The notes under the pieces were generated by a model. The model was not told the origin of the DNA and ran no database searches. It saw nothing but the letters and a program-made list of their open reading frames with translations. Shown in pieces: positions 1 to 16,262 of a stretch of DNA of 64,000 nt. Location: positions 6,386,001-6,450,000 of the forward strand of contig OZ059898.1 in NCBI GenBank assembly GCA_964057225.1, written 5' to 3'. The translations under genes and the position numbers were made by a program. Source of the DNA: Auanema rhodensis (lineage: Eukaryota; Animalia; Nematoda). How positions within the stretch are numbered: the first letter of the stretch is position 1; each line of letters opens with the position of its first letter.

Positions 1-108
1 ATCTGCATAAAAATAAACGAAATATTAAATACAAACATCATATGATTCTATGTATAAATTTTTTTCTAATATATTAAACATATTATTTGCATATGTTAAA
101 TATATTTC

Positions 109-2081
<1,973 letters not shown>

Positions 2082-2125
2082 TTTCACTTAATCAGAATAG
2101 TTACTCGAGTCCCTCGTTGATTTGT

Positions 2126-2178
2126 CTTTATATACTGACCAACTGTTAGAAAGAAGGCGGAGCATTTTACACGTGACA
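2126..2178 (-). promoter_or_regulatory. hpd-1 core promoter: TATA box (GTATATAAAG) plus E-box (GTCACGTG)
   Basis: TATA-like sequence ~50 bp and CACGTG E-box ~90 bp upstream of the ATG at 2081; motif match only. Confidence 0.5.
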
Positions 2179-4076
2179 TATCTGACGCAATTCTGTACGA
2201 AATTTTTGAAAAAAAAAACGAGTTGAAACAAGAATGATCAGAAAGACAATGTGATTGTATGATTCTTAAAAATTCTCTATAAATAAACGTTTACAATCAA
2301 AGTTCTTGAAATGTACACTTGAACTTGATCTCTTGAGAATGAATGATAATTAACTGTATAATAGATCAATATCTGGACTCAATGTAATACCACTTTGATC
2401 AGAATGCTCAAGTTTCATAAACTCTTCTAACATTAAAAAATTTTTAACTTTTTCATAAAATATAAGATTTGTGCTTCTTCTTCTACATTTGTTTTCAAAT
2501 TTTGAAATGATCTGAGGTGTGGCATTCAAAACCGACCAAGTCTGATAAGTTGCTAAAATTAATCTACTGCTGCAAAAATCTGGTTTTCCTCACTAAACGT
2601 GGTGTAGATCAAACTTTCTAAGTCGGCGTTTTATTTCTTTGAATTTCAACGAAATGAAAATAGATATACTATTGACTGTGTCGTACCTGTAGTTTAATCA
2701 TTTTACTCGATTTCATCCAAAAATAGAGAAATGAGAGGACGTCGTCATCTACTTCATGCCTTTCGTTGACGCATTATCGTCAGTACTCATTATATTTAAA
2801 TATAATGAGCGGATAAGAGAATTATAGAAAGCAGAAAATTGTAAATGTTTCAACGACAGGCAACGAGAGAAAAAGAGAGAGGTAAACGAGACGAAGAGAA
2901 CAACAAGTCTGTTAAAGACATAACGAAAGATAACGTATCAGTCGTGTAGACTGGTTACGGACCACGCTATATGTCAGAAATATCATAAAATTTACAGAGA
3001 CCATTAGACAAGGACATAGTTTCAACGCATTCATCGTCTCAAACGACGACGTGCATGTCAGACGACGTTGCTTATCCAATGTTGCTGGACGTAATTCGAA
3101 CAAAAACTTTTTTATGATGCGATGATAGAAAACGAAAAAAGGAAGAAGACTGGGGTATAAAACAGGGTCAGTAGAAAACGGATCGCGGCGTACGACTACG
3201 ACGCATGATCAACAGATGATCAGATTGCGTGATGCTGATGACACATGGTTAACTGGCTTTTTACTCTACTTGGTATCATATGCGCTTTACTGACAAATAT
3301 AATTATTTACCATATTTCAAAAGTTCCAATTTCTGAAAATAAGAAAACTTTCCGAATAATTTGTTGTTTATTAGAATAGTTAATTCAACGGATGCTCCCA
3401 ACGTGATCGAAATAGCCACCACGTTTTATCAGTATGGCTTCAAAACCTGTTTTTTGTTTAGAAAATGGGTAAATTTAGCAAAAGACAAGGGAGCAAATTA
3501 GGAAAGTATCCAAACACAACATGATCATCAACTTTGACATTTGCTCAAAAGTGTGAAATTTATCGATTCTTCCTATATGATGTAAATAGTTCCATGTCTC
3601 TCCTAAATAGCAAGAGATCAAATGACTATAATTCATTTATATTAATATAATCATTCTGTAAATCAATCTTCATTCAGTGGTAGATTGATTAAAAGATAGT
3701 AGAAAAAAGTTTTTATGCAGAATAGCTATGATATACATATACATATAGATAGACATATATATATATAGAAATATATCTTATTAAATATCTTTTCATCACT
3801 ATAACAAGAAAAATTAATCAATCCATTATAACAAACATATGCCATAATGTAACGTACAACAGAGTGAATTTAAGTTTGAACAAGCACATAATTCCGGAAT
3901 AGACCACACCCGGTACCCGTTAATGCACACCATCGTGATTCAAGCAATATGAAAAGGCAAGTCCAGCACCAATTACAATTATCTAGCAACAGCTTAACAC
4001 TTGAATAAAGTACATACTCCAGTAATACTGGTACTAGTTGAAGGAAATACAAAAATTGACGACGATATGAGAGATA

Positions 4077-4289
4077 TTAGGTGTGCGCAAAAGTTTCTTC
4101 AAGCTTCTCGTTCGGCAACTTTAGCGGCCTTCCTGATCTTGGAAAAACGAAATTAAACGTGAAAAAAAAAAGATTTTTTTTATAATTTAAATTTAAAACA
4201 ATTTTGAATTTGGTTTTTGCTAATTTTCAAATTCAAAATATTTATTCGAATTTAAATGTGGGTGGCCAGAAACTTTTGCGCACACGTAA
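4077..4289. mobile_element. Mariner/Tc1-type MITE (213 bp) in the formin 3' UTR
   Basis: 22-bp TIRs TTAGGTGTGCGCAAAAGTTTCT / AGAAACTTTTGCGCACACGTAA (1 mismatch), TA on both flanks (4075-76, 4290-91), no ORF. Confidence 0.9.
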
Positions 4290-4309
4290 TATAAACAACT
4301 AAAATAGTT

Positions 4310-7300
4310 TCATAAATCATTTAAACGAGCCAGTAGCTCATTTGCATTATGTTGTTTATGAGAGCTCCCTGAAGAAGCGATATTCTCTTTATGAGACGGA
4401 GAAGTTTGCATCGGGCCAGCTGCCTGAAACTATGAATCATTAGGCAAAGTTAGTGAGCTAGATGAGCTTTTACAAATTAAAAATAATCAAATAATCATGC
4501 GAAAATGAAAAAGTGATACAAAAAAGCAAAATAAAAGTTTCTTGCTCATACCTTTACCGGCGGTGCACCCTTCTGACGCACTCTAATTCTCAGATCTTTG
4601 GATGCTAATGTAGGAGTTAAAGTTCCCAGCTCAACGAGAGCATTTCGTTCTGTCAAAAACATTTCAGAACCTCTGGATCGTTGTCGATTTAACGCCATTT
4701 GACCTAAGGTGAGAAGCAAACATAAAGATAAAACTTAGAAGAAAATGAGAAGCATATAAGCAAAGAACATTGTTTACCCTTTCTTGTTCTGCCAGCTATA
4801 GCACTGGGCGGTTTAGGTGTTCTGGTTCCTAACAAGAATTTGTTGAGATCAGCTGATTCCATAACTTTTTCCAATTCATCCAGCACACCAGTTTTACTGG
4901 GGTCTAAATATTGTTCAGGATTATAAAAACAAAAATTAATGAAATTTTTACCAGTTTGAATTTTGCTCGGTGTGGTATAACTTCCAATATTATATGGATT
5001 AACACATGCACCTTGAATAGTACTAAGAGGTGCCCGTTTATCTTTGGATGTTTTCTTCGTTTCCTTCGCTTTTTCTGCTTTTAATCTCTCATTTTCAATC
5101 TCACGATAAGCAGTCTTAAAAATAGATAATTCGTCATTATGTTTATTACTCATACCTCGTATTGAGTCTTGAACGTCTTAATATCTGAGAACATCTGTTC
5201 CATAGGATATTTCTTAGGATCAAAAGCGTAGAATTTAGCTAGAGCAGACCAATCACCTTTCATTTTATTATGCATCTATAAAGCAAAATTATATCCCAAC
5301 TTTAAATTAATATTTACCCCTTCTATTATAGCTTGTTCTTGTTGGGCTTTTGATAAAAATGGTGTCATAACTTGATGGAATTTATCATTACCATCTTGTT
5401 TCTTGTAATTTTTCAGCATGTTGTCGAGCTAGAAAATGGACAATACGTAAAGAATGTAGGCGAACTGGGCAAAATATTAAAATAACAAAACTTACTTTAT
5501 TCACGCTCTGTCTGAGAGCAGAAACTCCGTTTTCAATTTCTTCTCCATTTACACGCGCAGCGGTACCACAATGATAAAAATCTTCATGGAACCTGTAAAA
5601 AATACAATTTGTGAATCTATTTAACAAAATAAACATGTTTAGAACTACCTGGCTTCTTTAGCATCAATTTTTTTAATTGATTCGATCATATAATGTAGAA
5701 GTGTTTGCTTGTTTTCAACATCCTTTGTATCAACGATCTGAAGAAATGGTTAATTAACCCGTTATAGTTGAAAAACAAACCTTTGGCAAAACGCTCATTT
5801 CAAATCCAAAAACGTCTCTATGAGATTTGGACGATTGAGACATGAAATTTCCATACAAAAGTGCCAATTCCAAAAAAATCTTAAAACCCTTCGATTTTCT
5901 AATTTCGTCGCAAGCTTCGATGACCGAAGAGATGCCCTAAAGCTAAGAAATAAAAATTTAAAAAATAAATAGATTACCAATTTTAATTCATTCAAAATTT
6001 CCTGGAATCTGATTTTGAAAATGAAACTATCAAGTCGAGCAGGCAGAGCAGATATACCAGATATATAAGCGATAAACTAAAAATATATTCATATGATAAA
6101 AACCAAGAGATAACTCCACCTTCTCTCCCTCTGGCATATCTTCATACGTTGATTTATCCATTTCTGCTAACCTTCGAATCATATCAATAGGAGGAAGAGC
6201 ACCCCTTAGTTGTTGAAGTGTGCTAACCGTAGTTTTCTTTTCATCCAACTGAAAAAAATAAGAAACTAAAAATAAAATGTAAAAAACCTCAATGATTATT
6301 CGTTTCCATTCTTTAGGAGATAGTTTTGCGGAGCCATACAAAATATCTAGAATTAATAAGAATTAAAATAAAAAGAATAAGAACCACAAACTCAGAGTCT
6401 TTAATATTTTTTCGTCTTGAATTACTTGAGGCAGCTTAACCTTCTTCATTTGAATGCTTCTTTTTGAATCTTCGGCTGTTTTACCACCTGGTCTGTTGGA
6501 GGAAAACCGTGCCTGAAAATTTCAGACGAACACTGTAAGATATAAATAAAAATGTTAATGCCTTAAGTTGAGTAAGCAGATAATCATTTGCTAGCCTCTC
6601 TTCTGCTGTTTTAGCCCAAAAACTCTCAGCAGGTATTTCTCGAGGATTAATCTAGAAATTTACTAAGATTAATTCATTAAGATTAAACAAAAAAACCGAG
6701 TTGCTACCCCAAGGGAACTTTCTCATAGGTATTTCAACCACTCTCTTGGTTTTCTTAGATAAATAATCCGGTAATGCAGGGACTAATGAAAAGCCACCAA
6801 TAGGTGGCGGCGGTGCACCAGGAGCTGGAGGTCCCTATTGAATAATTATGAACAAAATTTTTAATATCATACGAACCTTTCCAAACAGACCAAGAGGGGG
6901 CGGTGGAGGACCAGGAGGACCAGGGGGACCAGGGGGGCCGGGAGGACCTTTACCGAACAAACCAGGTGGAGGTGGTGGAGGTGGTGGCGGTCCGCCTCCT
7001 AAAAACAAAACTGAGTTAGTTATAAAATAATGTTTATTATACCTCCAGGAAGAGGAGGAGGTGGAGGACCTCCAGTTACTTTTGGTAAGCCACCGGGAGG
7101 GGGTGGGGGAGGTGGACCACCCGTTACACGCGGTAAAGCATTCAAAGTGGGTTCAGAGCAGCAAGGCTCTTCTAAATTGCAAACAGTAGCAGGTGGTAAT
7201 GGATGAGTAGGTTGAGATATCTAAAGAAACTTTTTTGATTGAAGACTTCTAAATGTTTAGAAATACATGTTTGCGAAGTTGAGAAGTTTCTTCTTGGAAT

Positions 7301-9729
7301 TCCTTCAATTTTTGCCAATAGAGCATCTGTCTCGCTACAGCCTCTTGCTTGGCTTGCACAGTTTGTTCTAACCTTCGTGAAATCTCAGAATCTTGCAGTT
7401 GTTCTAAAACAAAGCAGTATACTTGAGTCTAGTCAGAAGTTTAACCAATCATATCAGATACGGGAGTTTCGAATCGGAACTGTGATTCAAAATCAGGATC
7501 CACTCCATTTTTATGTAGAACTATTTCATTGATACAATTTTCAATTAACCGGAAATAAGCCAAACTGGAATTTCAAAATTGAATAACACAAGTTAGGTAG
7601 AAACTAACCGGACTGATATATCTTCCGGAATAAGCATCAAATGCTGAAGAATGCTGAGCATCACAGGTTCAACAGGAGTCTTCTCAGTAGAAGATAGAAT
7701 AAGCTCAAAGCAACCATCAAGATTTTCATACTCTCCGCGTCTGAATAAATTAAGAATTGTTAAAAAAATTAAGTTTAAATTCAAACATTGTTTCAAAACG
7801 AGATACTAATTCGTTAAAATCCTCGTCTCTATGCGAAACAAAAGCTTTCCAAGACTTATTAACACGATCTGTTTGTCCAGCAATATCTTCTATTCTCTGA
7901 AAAATGGTTACAATATGGTATTCAAAAACAAATTGGAACCTGAGAATATTTTCCTAGTCCGTCTTGCACCATTTCACTTCGAATTCGCATCCTCATCTGC
8001 CATGCTTGATCTTCTGCTAAGCTGTCATCCGATCTGTTTATGAGCACATTCAGAATAACCAAGAGCCGATACTAGAAAACACACAGATAAGAAATTGCGC
8101 AAATTATCTCACTAGGCATTCTTCTTCTCCAACAGTACAGCAAAATTCTAAACAACCAAGTAGCGGTCGAAACCTAGTTTGACGTGATGTTCCGGCCATT
8201 GAATTGAGTTCTTTTAGTATTTTGGAAGCTCTACAAATGAATAAAATATAATCTCGTTATCAGAAACCTTAGCTGACCCACTACTCTCTAATTGTACACC
8301 TTCTATTGAAGATTGTTGAATAAGAGAAACCGAAGACAATATTTTAATAACTTCTCTTCTCAAAGACATGCTTTCAGGAGTTTGTGCTTTTCGATTAATC
8401 ACGCATAATACTTCTAGCAGTCTGTGTATCGTTCTATTATTCTTTCGTAAAACCAAATCAATTCCGGGCTAAAGAACGAAATGTGAATTGACGAATAAAA
8501 AGATTGAACTCACACAAGTGTTCAATATGCATCTTATAGTTTTCAGCAATTCTGTTAGAAATAAGAGAAGATCTTTGACTTCTGTAACTTGCTCCCGACG
8601 TTGTTGTATTTGGCTGAGCACCTATATAAACTATTTCTTACAAAAAAAAACTAAATTTATAATACATTTCCTATTATTCGTCCAATTAATTGGAGACCAT
8701 CTTCTCGCGGTTCCGAATCTGGCAATACCGTTGTTGCGAACTGAAAAAATAAATTGTTTTTTACATTACTAATATTGTTCAGAATACTTCTTGAACATAC
8801 GACACATCCGCTCCGGCTAACGAAACTCGGAGAGAAACTATTTCGTTCATACGTGTTATTACATTTTCGCTCTGAGAAAGCCGGGCCAACAAACCCACAA
8901 ACTGCTTAGGGGTCTAAAAACATTTGTGTTGTTTTACAAATAGTATAATTAGGTAAATTTAGAACGCCCACACTACATGAAATCAACAAAATAGATCATA
9001 CGAGCTAATAAGTTATATTATGACTAAACTGTCGTTCAAAAAAAACCTTTTTTTGCACACTATCTGCTTTCCGGTTTTGTCTAATAAGAAGTTTCATTCG
9101 ATCATCACTCATGCTTGCTAGAAATGATTCTAAGTTTCCCTGAGGCAAGCATCGGTCTTTCTGAAATCAATTAACTGAGCATAACAATTAAAAAAGACGC
9201 AACTAATAGTTTTTCTACTAAATTTCTTAATTCAACAGTACTGAGAGCGTCCAAGTCAACACTATCGTAGGTTGACGAACCGCTGTCATTGCTAATTCGA
9301 TCTTCATCCTGGAATGATTAAATAAAAAACTATATCAATAATGTTAAAAAAATAATTTCACACTATTAAAATTGAAAATTAAAATCTGACCAATCCATCA
9401 GTATTCAAATGCTTCTTTATCTTATTTTTTAAACGTTTCGAGGTAAACAAATCAGTCCATTTTCCAGCCTCCTTCGGACTACGTCTGGTGGTAAAATCCG
9501 AACCACAATGTACGGAATGCCTTTCCATACTTGTCCGCCGGAACGGATCCAGAGAATTCTTATTTCTCATTAAAACAGTCGGAGTTACTTCCGAAATAGT
9601 GGAACCTCTAGCATACGGAGAAGCTAAGTCAGAAGAGAAACTAGGGGTTTCAGCTCCTTGTAAAGGTAACGGTCGACGAACTCTCGGAGGTGTTGTCAAC
9701 ACCTCAATGTCAGTTTCCGTATCTGACAT
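4310..9729 (-). CDS. cyk-1: Diaphanous-related formin (GBD/FH3, poly-Pro FH1, FH2, DAD), multi-exon
   Basis: Poly-proline FH1 exons at ~6790-7130; FH2 motifs (SFWAK, YGNFMS...FGFEMSVLPK, TLLHYMI); DAD-like GVLDELEKVMESA; C-terminus NANELLARLNDL* (stop 4310-4312). ATG at 9729 follows a TTCAG acceptor. Confidence 0.9.
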
Positions 9730-11141
9730 TGTTCTGAACTAAGAAAATTCTGATAGACACAAAATATTACTTAGACGACATGACTAATAACTCGACTTTA
9801 TAAAACGTTATAAAGATGATAAATTCAGAACTCGAAGTCTATAGAGAGAAATCAATAATGGATGAGATGATCAGAAATAAATGTAAATGCACTATATTTT
9901 TAAAGAAAAAAAAGAAGATTAAAAATGAACCATGGCAATGTGTATGTATGTGTTTGAGTGAATATGTGTCTGTGTGTGAAGAAAGAACACAGCCGGCTTT
10001 CAGTGATGGTCGCCATCTGATTCACACAATGGAAATAGAAAAAAAAACCTCAAAACGAAAATACAGATATCCTAGGGGAGATAACAATTTCAGATCATTG
10101 AAATAATGACAAGTAGTACTAAAGAAAATATAAACAACCAATTGCAAAAAACTCAATTGAGCTTGTATTAAATATCAGACATGGAAAGATATTATTCATG
10201 AGAATAAACCTGCATATGTTAGTGATAAACTTTCCTAATAACAAACATTCCTTGTTTGTATATGAAAAGAGTTAACGATCGTTGCATGACTCGAGGCAGA
10301 TGACGAAGACAGTCAACACCGCAGAAAAAGAACTGAAGAGGGGAGAGAATGCAACGGAAATTTATTTTCTAACAGTGCAAAAATCTAATATATGATTGCA
10401 TATATTATCTTTCGATCGTGAACAAAAGGGAAGGTTATGCATTGATTTTGAAAGAGATTTTAACTATTAAGTTCAAATATTTAGTAAGAAATAAAAAGAA
10501 AATAAAAGAAATTATTCATTTCATTATAAAATTATCAGTGCCTGATTCAAAAAAGTAAAACAAAAATTTATGTTTCAAACGGTGGCAAAACATTTCAACA
10601 GCTCTGATATTCCTTATCAAGTTTTGGAATTTCATATGAAACAAATACTAAGCGATGTGTAGCATAACGAATAAAAAAGAAAAATATGTAGTAAAGTGTT
10701 CATGATTGACATATGGATGTGTTCATATTTTTGTAAGAGTACAATAGCAGAATAACAATATTTTTATTAGAATTTTTCTTTAAACTATCAGAATGAGAAG
10801 CTGAGCTTGAAAACGCAAAGATGCTGATTTTGGCGCGAATGAAACAATTCAAACAAAGCATTAGGCTATGGGCAGCTGGCAGGGTAGAGGCAGAATCATT
10901 GCCGGAGTGTGTCATTATGACCTTGAAACGAAAAGTTTTTTGCGAAAGTTGGAAAAAATAGTAGTGATGTATAAAGGAAGCATGCATACCAGGAGTAAAA
11001 TAAATGATACAGGAATAATTAATGTAAAAGAAAATGCTATACATGATTCATCCAAACATTAAAATTATCATCAGTCGATGGAAAGATGCATTAAAAAAGA
11101 TTACCTACCAGAAAAACAATTTTTACTGTAAAATAACGTAC

Positions 11142-11216
11142 CTTTCGTTGATTAATAGTTCCCGTTGTGGTGCCTTTGCCTCCTTTAATTTTATCTTTTT
11201 CCTTTTTCTTAAACAT
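11142..11216 (-). CDS. cyk-1: Probable alternative first coding exon of the formin (MFKKKEKDKIKGGKGTTTGTINQRK)
   Basis: TTTCAG directly before the ATG, 75 nt open, ends AAG|GTACGT in phase 0, compatible with the phase-0 exon starting DEDRISND at ~9308. Confidence 0.55.
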
Positions 11217-12349
11217 CTGAAAGAGTATCAGTATAAAATATGTAATTTTAAAACGTGATCACAAATGGTATGAAGAGTTAGCTATATTTAAAAATGTCAA
11301 AACTTTTTCAGCGTGAGAACATGATATGACTAAAGTGGAAACAGAAAAAACATCAGCTTATGATAATGCAAGCGTCATTCATCTGTGATCACAGCAAGGG
11401 TCTTTTATGTAAGAAATACCAATACCCATTTTTTTCAATGAAAAAATTCAAGTATAAAATGCAAATACCTGAGAACTCATCATCCATAGAAGGTAGGAGA
11501 CAGCAAAGAAACCGAGGCCCTAATTCGGGAGATTATATTATGCAAATATCTCAAGAATATGGCGCAGGGACAGATTTCACTTATACGTAACGACCCGATA
11601 ATAATGACCCAACTCATAAATTTGATGTTTCCACTAATATAAACGAAAGTTTACGGAACATCATTTCCTTTCCTCATCAACAAATGAATAGTAATGCAGA
11701 CAGGATGGCGAGGAATTTGCGCGAGTGGAACATGCATAAGAGATATTTGCAAAAAGAAGAAATGAATAGATATTATAGAGAACACGGACCAATAAACTCA
11801 CACATATGTTAGACAAAATTATTATCGTAGAAGTCATGAACGACAAAAAAAAAACAAAGTTAAACTGTAAGATAAAAACCTACTGCTCTCAAAATAATGT
11901 CCAAATTCTGATCGTACAGAATCCTGGCGTGACCTGTACAGAAAATCGATACACTAATGGCATACAATGAGGATCAAAAGGGTAACAAAACAATGGAGCT
12001 GACCATCAATGTTCCCGCTGTCTGTCTTGTCATCCCCACTTGGTATTTTAAAAGTATTCCCAAAATGACCTTGAATGCAGCAGTAATTATCCAGAAATCA
12101 TGAAATAGACTAGATGAATAAACAGAATATATCCATCCGTTAGTATGTTAAATCATTAGACAAAACCAACCGCACTCGAAGCGTGATAAAATTCAAAATA
12201 ATTTTATATTTACGTTAAATACGTATTTATTAAACATAGCGCCCGTTACATTTATTTGATTTTTTAACCATCACTCACAAATTAGTAATCATGGAAAATT
12301 CTATAGCAGGAATTTATTATTTTAGTGAACGATGAGATTTAATTTCCTT

Positions 12350-13613
12350 TCATTGTATATGAATTGTTTGTGGTAATTCAAAACCAAACAGCACGTAATC
12401 ATAATAAAACATCTGCACTAAAAGTTCCATAAGTTTTGGATCAGATCTTAATTGTAATTCAAATAATTTTCTTTCATCAAGTTCAGCGGTTGCGTGCGGA
12501 GTTCGAGTAGCTGAAATATTATTTAAGCTTGTATTTTCTGGTAAAGTCTGAATACGAACCTGTTAAATTCATCTGAATCGTTTTGATTAAATTCGAATCT
12601 ACTTCAGAAAGTGTTAAAATTTCTGTGAATTCTTCGATCATTTTCCGATTTTCTACTCCATCTGACCCATACTTGATTACTTTAATACTACTAGATATAT
12701 CTCGAAAATTGCAATGCCTGACCCAAAATACTTAATAAAGACTTAAAAAATAAGAAAAACTTACCAATTTTGTGGATTAAAATGAATGTCTTCAAAACTG
12801 ATATGAGAGATCTCTCCAGTTTCATACATATGCATTCGGTGATATTGTCGATTCATGAAACAAGTTAAATTTTTATTGCATCCGTAACATCGCTCTGGTA
12901 TTTTTATAGCTTCTCTGAAGTATAGTATTTAATTAATGATTTAATTTATCAATTTTTAGTTAATTTAGTAGAAATAATATACCTCACACACTTATCCATA
13001 AAACCACTGATGAAGCGATCCAATGGGTCTCGTACAACCGCCATCACAGTTGTATTTGGATATTTTCTCAAGTGAGGTCTTAAACTGCTCATTTCGTTTT
13101 TATTTTTACAAAATCTAAAAAATAAGCGATTGCATTAATAGTTTTATATATAGTTTACACCTTTTATACCTTTTATGATATAGCTCAGTATTCAATGATC
13201 TGTGAGCCTGTTCGAATGAAGCTGAGTCATACAGTAAGCACATAACAGCAGCTAGTATGGTTGACATGCTTTTCTCTATTACACAAGCAGCTAGGCTATA
13301 TTTAGGAGCAACCTAAGAAAAGGATTGCTTAGAAGTACCCACAGCTTAGTGAAACATACTCTAAATTTGTTAGGAAATACTTTGAAGGGTCGTATGCAGG
13401 ATGATGTGGAACCAAGAGAACAAAAGCCATACCAATCGAAAAAATCGTATAATCAAGCAGATTCTTTCATTAGAATTAGGTTTTACCTGGTTTTGCAGGA
13501 AGAGTACCATTTGCTTCAATTATATATTGATTTGACACACAATAGTTGTAAATAATAACAAATATAAAACAATATGAGAGTAAGAAAAATATTTGTAAAC
13601 CTTTATGTACCAT
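12350..13613 (-). CDS. Golgi-type sulfotransferase family (Sulfotransfer_2) protein, multi-exon
   Basis: N-terminal TM anchor (MVHKGLQIFFLLSYCFIFVIIY); 5'-PSB-like ACVIEKSMSTIL; 3'-PB-like AVVRDPLDRFISGFMDKC; HFNPQNW; C-terminal MFYYDYVLFGFELP. Confidence 0.88.
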
Positions 13614-14276
13614 ATTCAGTATATCAAAAACTATGCAACTTAATACTTTCGATGAAGATTAATACGTGTCGTACGGCTTAGTTCAACACTATCAGAATTC
13701 AGATTCATCGATCCAATGGGATAAAGAGATTGAGGTATCAAAACTACTTTAAGCCTCTCTTTACTTGAGCAAAATATTAATTCTTAATTACCTTTCTCCT
13801 TTTCTCCACTACCTGACAGACTTTACTTCAATTTCCCAGTCTTGTTTTGTGATATGATCTACTGTCTGTAGTGGTATGCATGAATTATTATTTCCAACTT
13901 TTTCCCTCTATATTCAGAAACTAATTTTGGAATATGTATTACGACCGATCTTCAAACAATATTTTTAATTTTTTCAATTATCAATTCAAATTAATGAAGC
14001 TATTAAAATATTTATTTAAAAAATCAAGTTCAAATTAATATTTTCGTGAATTTCTATATATGATATGATAATCGCGAGGTGAATGTATATAAGTATGTAT
14101 ATAATTAGAGTCATATGCATGCATTCTGCCGTTTTTAAACTTGTAAAAACAGATTATAATTAATTTTGTTCGCATATAGCGTATTCGATAAGGTATAGAA
14201 ATAACTAGATTTCATAATTATTTTCCTAGCCATTTTAGAGTTTATTATGTTTTCGTTTTCCGGATTAGCCTGCATT

Positions 14277-16262
14277 TCATTCGTTTAATTTCTCTTGATC
14301 TGATTGTTCAACCATTGGTGTTTCTTCCGTGTTTTGTTGAGTTTCTTCATCTGTCAATTTGACTTTATCAAGATTAATTCCTTTAGTTTCGACCTGAAAA
14401 ATTTAAAACTGTTTTGATTAACCTAATATACGCTTACTAAAAAGAAATAAGAAGATCCCAGGTTGAGCATTCCTAGAACTACAACTGCTAAATAAAGAGC
14501 GGGAGGCCAAACTGATGTAGCTTGGTTCAACTGAATAATCATTGTTAATTTCGGGCATTAAAGATTAAATTACATAAGGTGCGATAAACGCTCCGATCCT
14601 AGCCATGAGAGAACATGTTCCAGTGGCACTAGCTCTATATGCTGTTTCCATGGATTCTACGGCACATAAGTAGCATGCATCCCAAGTATATTCAATGAAT
14701 ATAATACCAATGAGAGAAATAATAAGTATAGCAACACCCTTAATATAGATTATTATATTAAAAATAAATAAAAATAATATTAAAAGTTGCTTACATGATA
14801 TTCTTTTACAGTCAATGTAAAAAGAATAAGGAAGCATACACAAACAATTGCTTGTGATCCTTGATGCAATGATCTTCTTGAAAATGATGGGACATTCGTA
14901 TCAAATATTACTAAGATCTATAAAATATTCAAATTATTTGCTATAGTTATAAAGAAATTAAGATTTCTTTAACTTACAATCTTTGAAACTGCAATAAGAA
15001 TTGAAAATAGAATTTGGTTTAGGAAGAAATTTCCACTGATTGAACTCGAATTGAGATCGGTAGCATATCCACACATAGCAGCAACAAACCACATAAGCCA
15101 GAGTACTATCAAACGTCTTAACAAGGTACTAGACGATAAAAGTTCACAGTAACTCTAAAAATTAATTAATTTTGTTATTATATTGAAGTTTGTCACCTTG
15201 CTATGTTCGATTTTATCGTGTTGTACAGGCTGATATTCATATCCTGCCCATTTGGCAATATGCATTTCACTTTTGCGCATTTCATCTAACCTTTCCTTAA
15301 TATATTATATTTTCATAAAGAGTAATAAATATTAATAATACTTTGTTATGTAGCCAAGTAGGACTTTCCGGGAAAACAAAAATGATTATCAACAGGGCTG
15401 GAAGAGCAGCAATCGAACATGCTACACTAGATTGTCTCCATTCAGGGAAGAAGTAGCAAATAGCAGTCATAATTAGTCTTGCAACTCCCTTGAAAAAAAA
15501 TGATATTTACTGATTATTTGTATGATACAGTAATACCCAGTTAAAGAAAGCTCGTAATGCCATACGTTGTTGAGGTAGGAGTAACTCCATGACAAAAGTG
15601 CAAACAACAACTAAAGTTCCTCCAACAGATATTCCGAGAATGAACCGAATAATGAGAAGCATTTTAACGGAAGAAGCCATTGCTGTACAACATCAAAAAG
15701 TTGATTTTTACAATTGTAAAGATACCTGTTACTAAATTCATTGTAAGTCCTATGCTTAATGCAAGAACAGCTATTGGTTTTCTTCCGAAAATATCTGATA
15801 AAGCACCAAATGTGAATGTTCCTTAAATTAAATGTTAAGGTATAAATATTCTATTAATTTATTGTATTTTACCTATTAATACACCCAAAAATTGTGATTG
15901 AGGTAAAAGAGTGGTACCAATGTAATTATTGCCACAAATCCATCCAAATCTAAATTCTTCCTATTACATATTAAAGAAAGAAATTAATTCATACTCAATA
16001 GCTGCAGATTGATAGACACCACCAATAAAGGTCACATTACCACCACATCTATCATATTCAGCACAGCTTTTACCAATAGGGCCATCACCTTAACAAATAA
16101 AAATATACTTACTTCTTATCATTTACAAATATGATCCTTACCGCATTGCCACTGAGGAATATAGTTCAAGAATATTGGAAAAATTTGCTGGGAAGCAAAG
16201 AAAATCGAAAACTGCCATGTGAATAATACAAAAATATGAAACCGATTTATTTCGAACAACAT
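14277..16262 (-). CDS. MFS transporter, SLC22/organic cation transporter-like, multi-exon
   Basis: FGWICG; GTFTFGALSDIFGRKP (MFS motif A); FVFPESPTWL; CAVESMETAYRASATGTCSLMARIGAFIAP; ETKGINL near the C-terminus. Confidence 0.9.

Noticed and set aside
6848-7030. Gly/Pro-rich + strand ORF
   Set aside because: Antisense shadow of the formin FH1 poly-proline exons.
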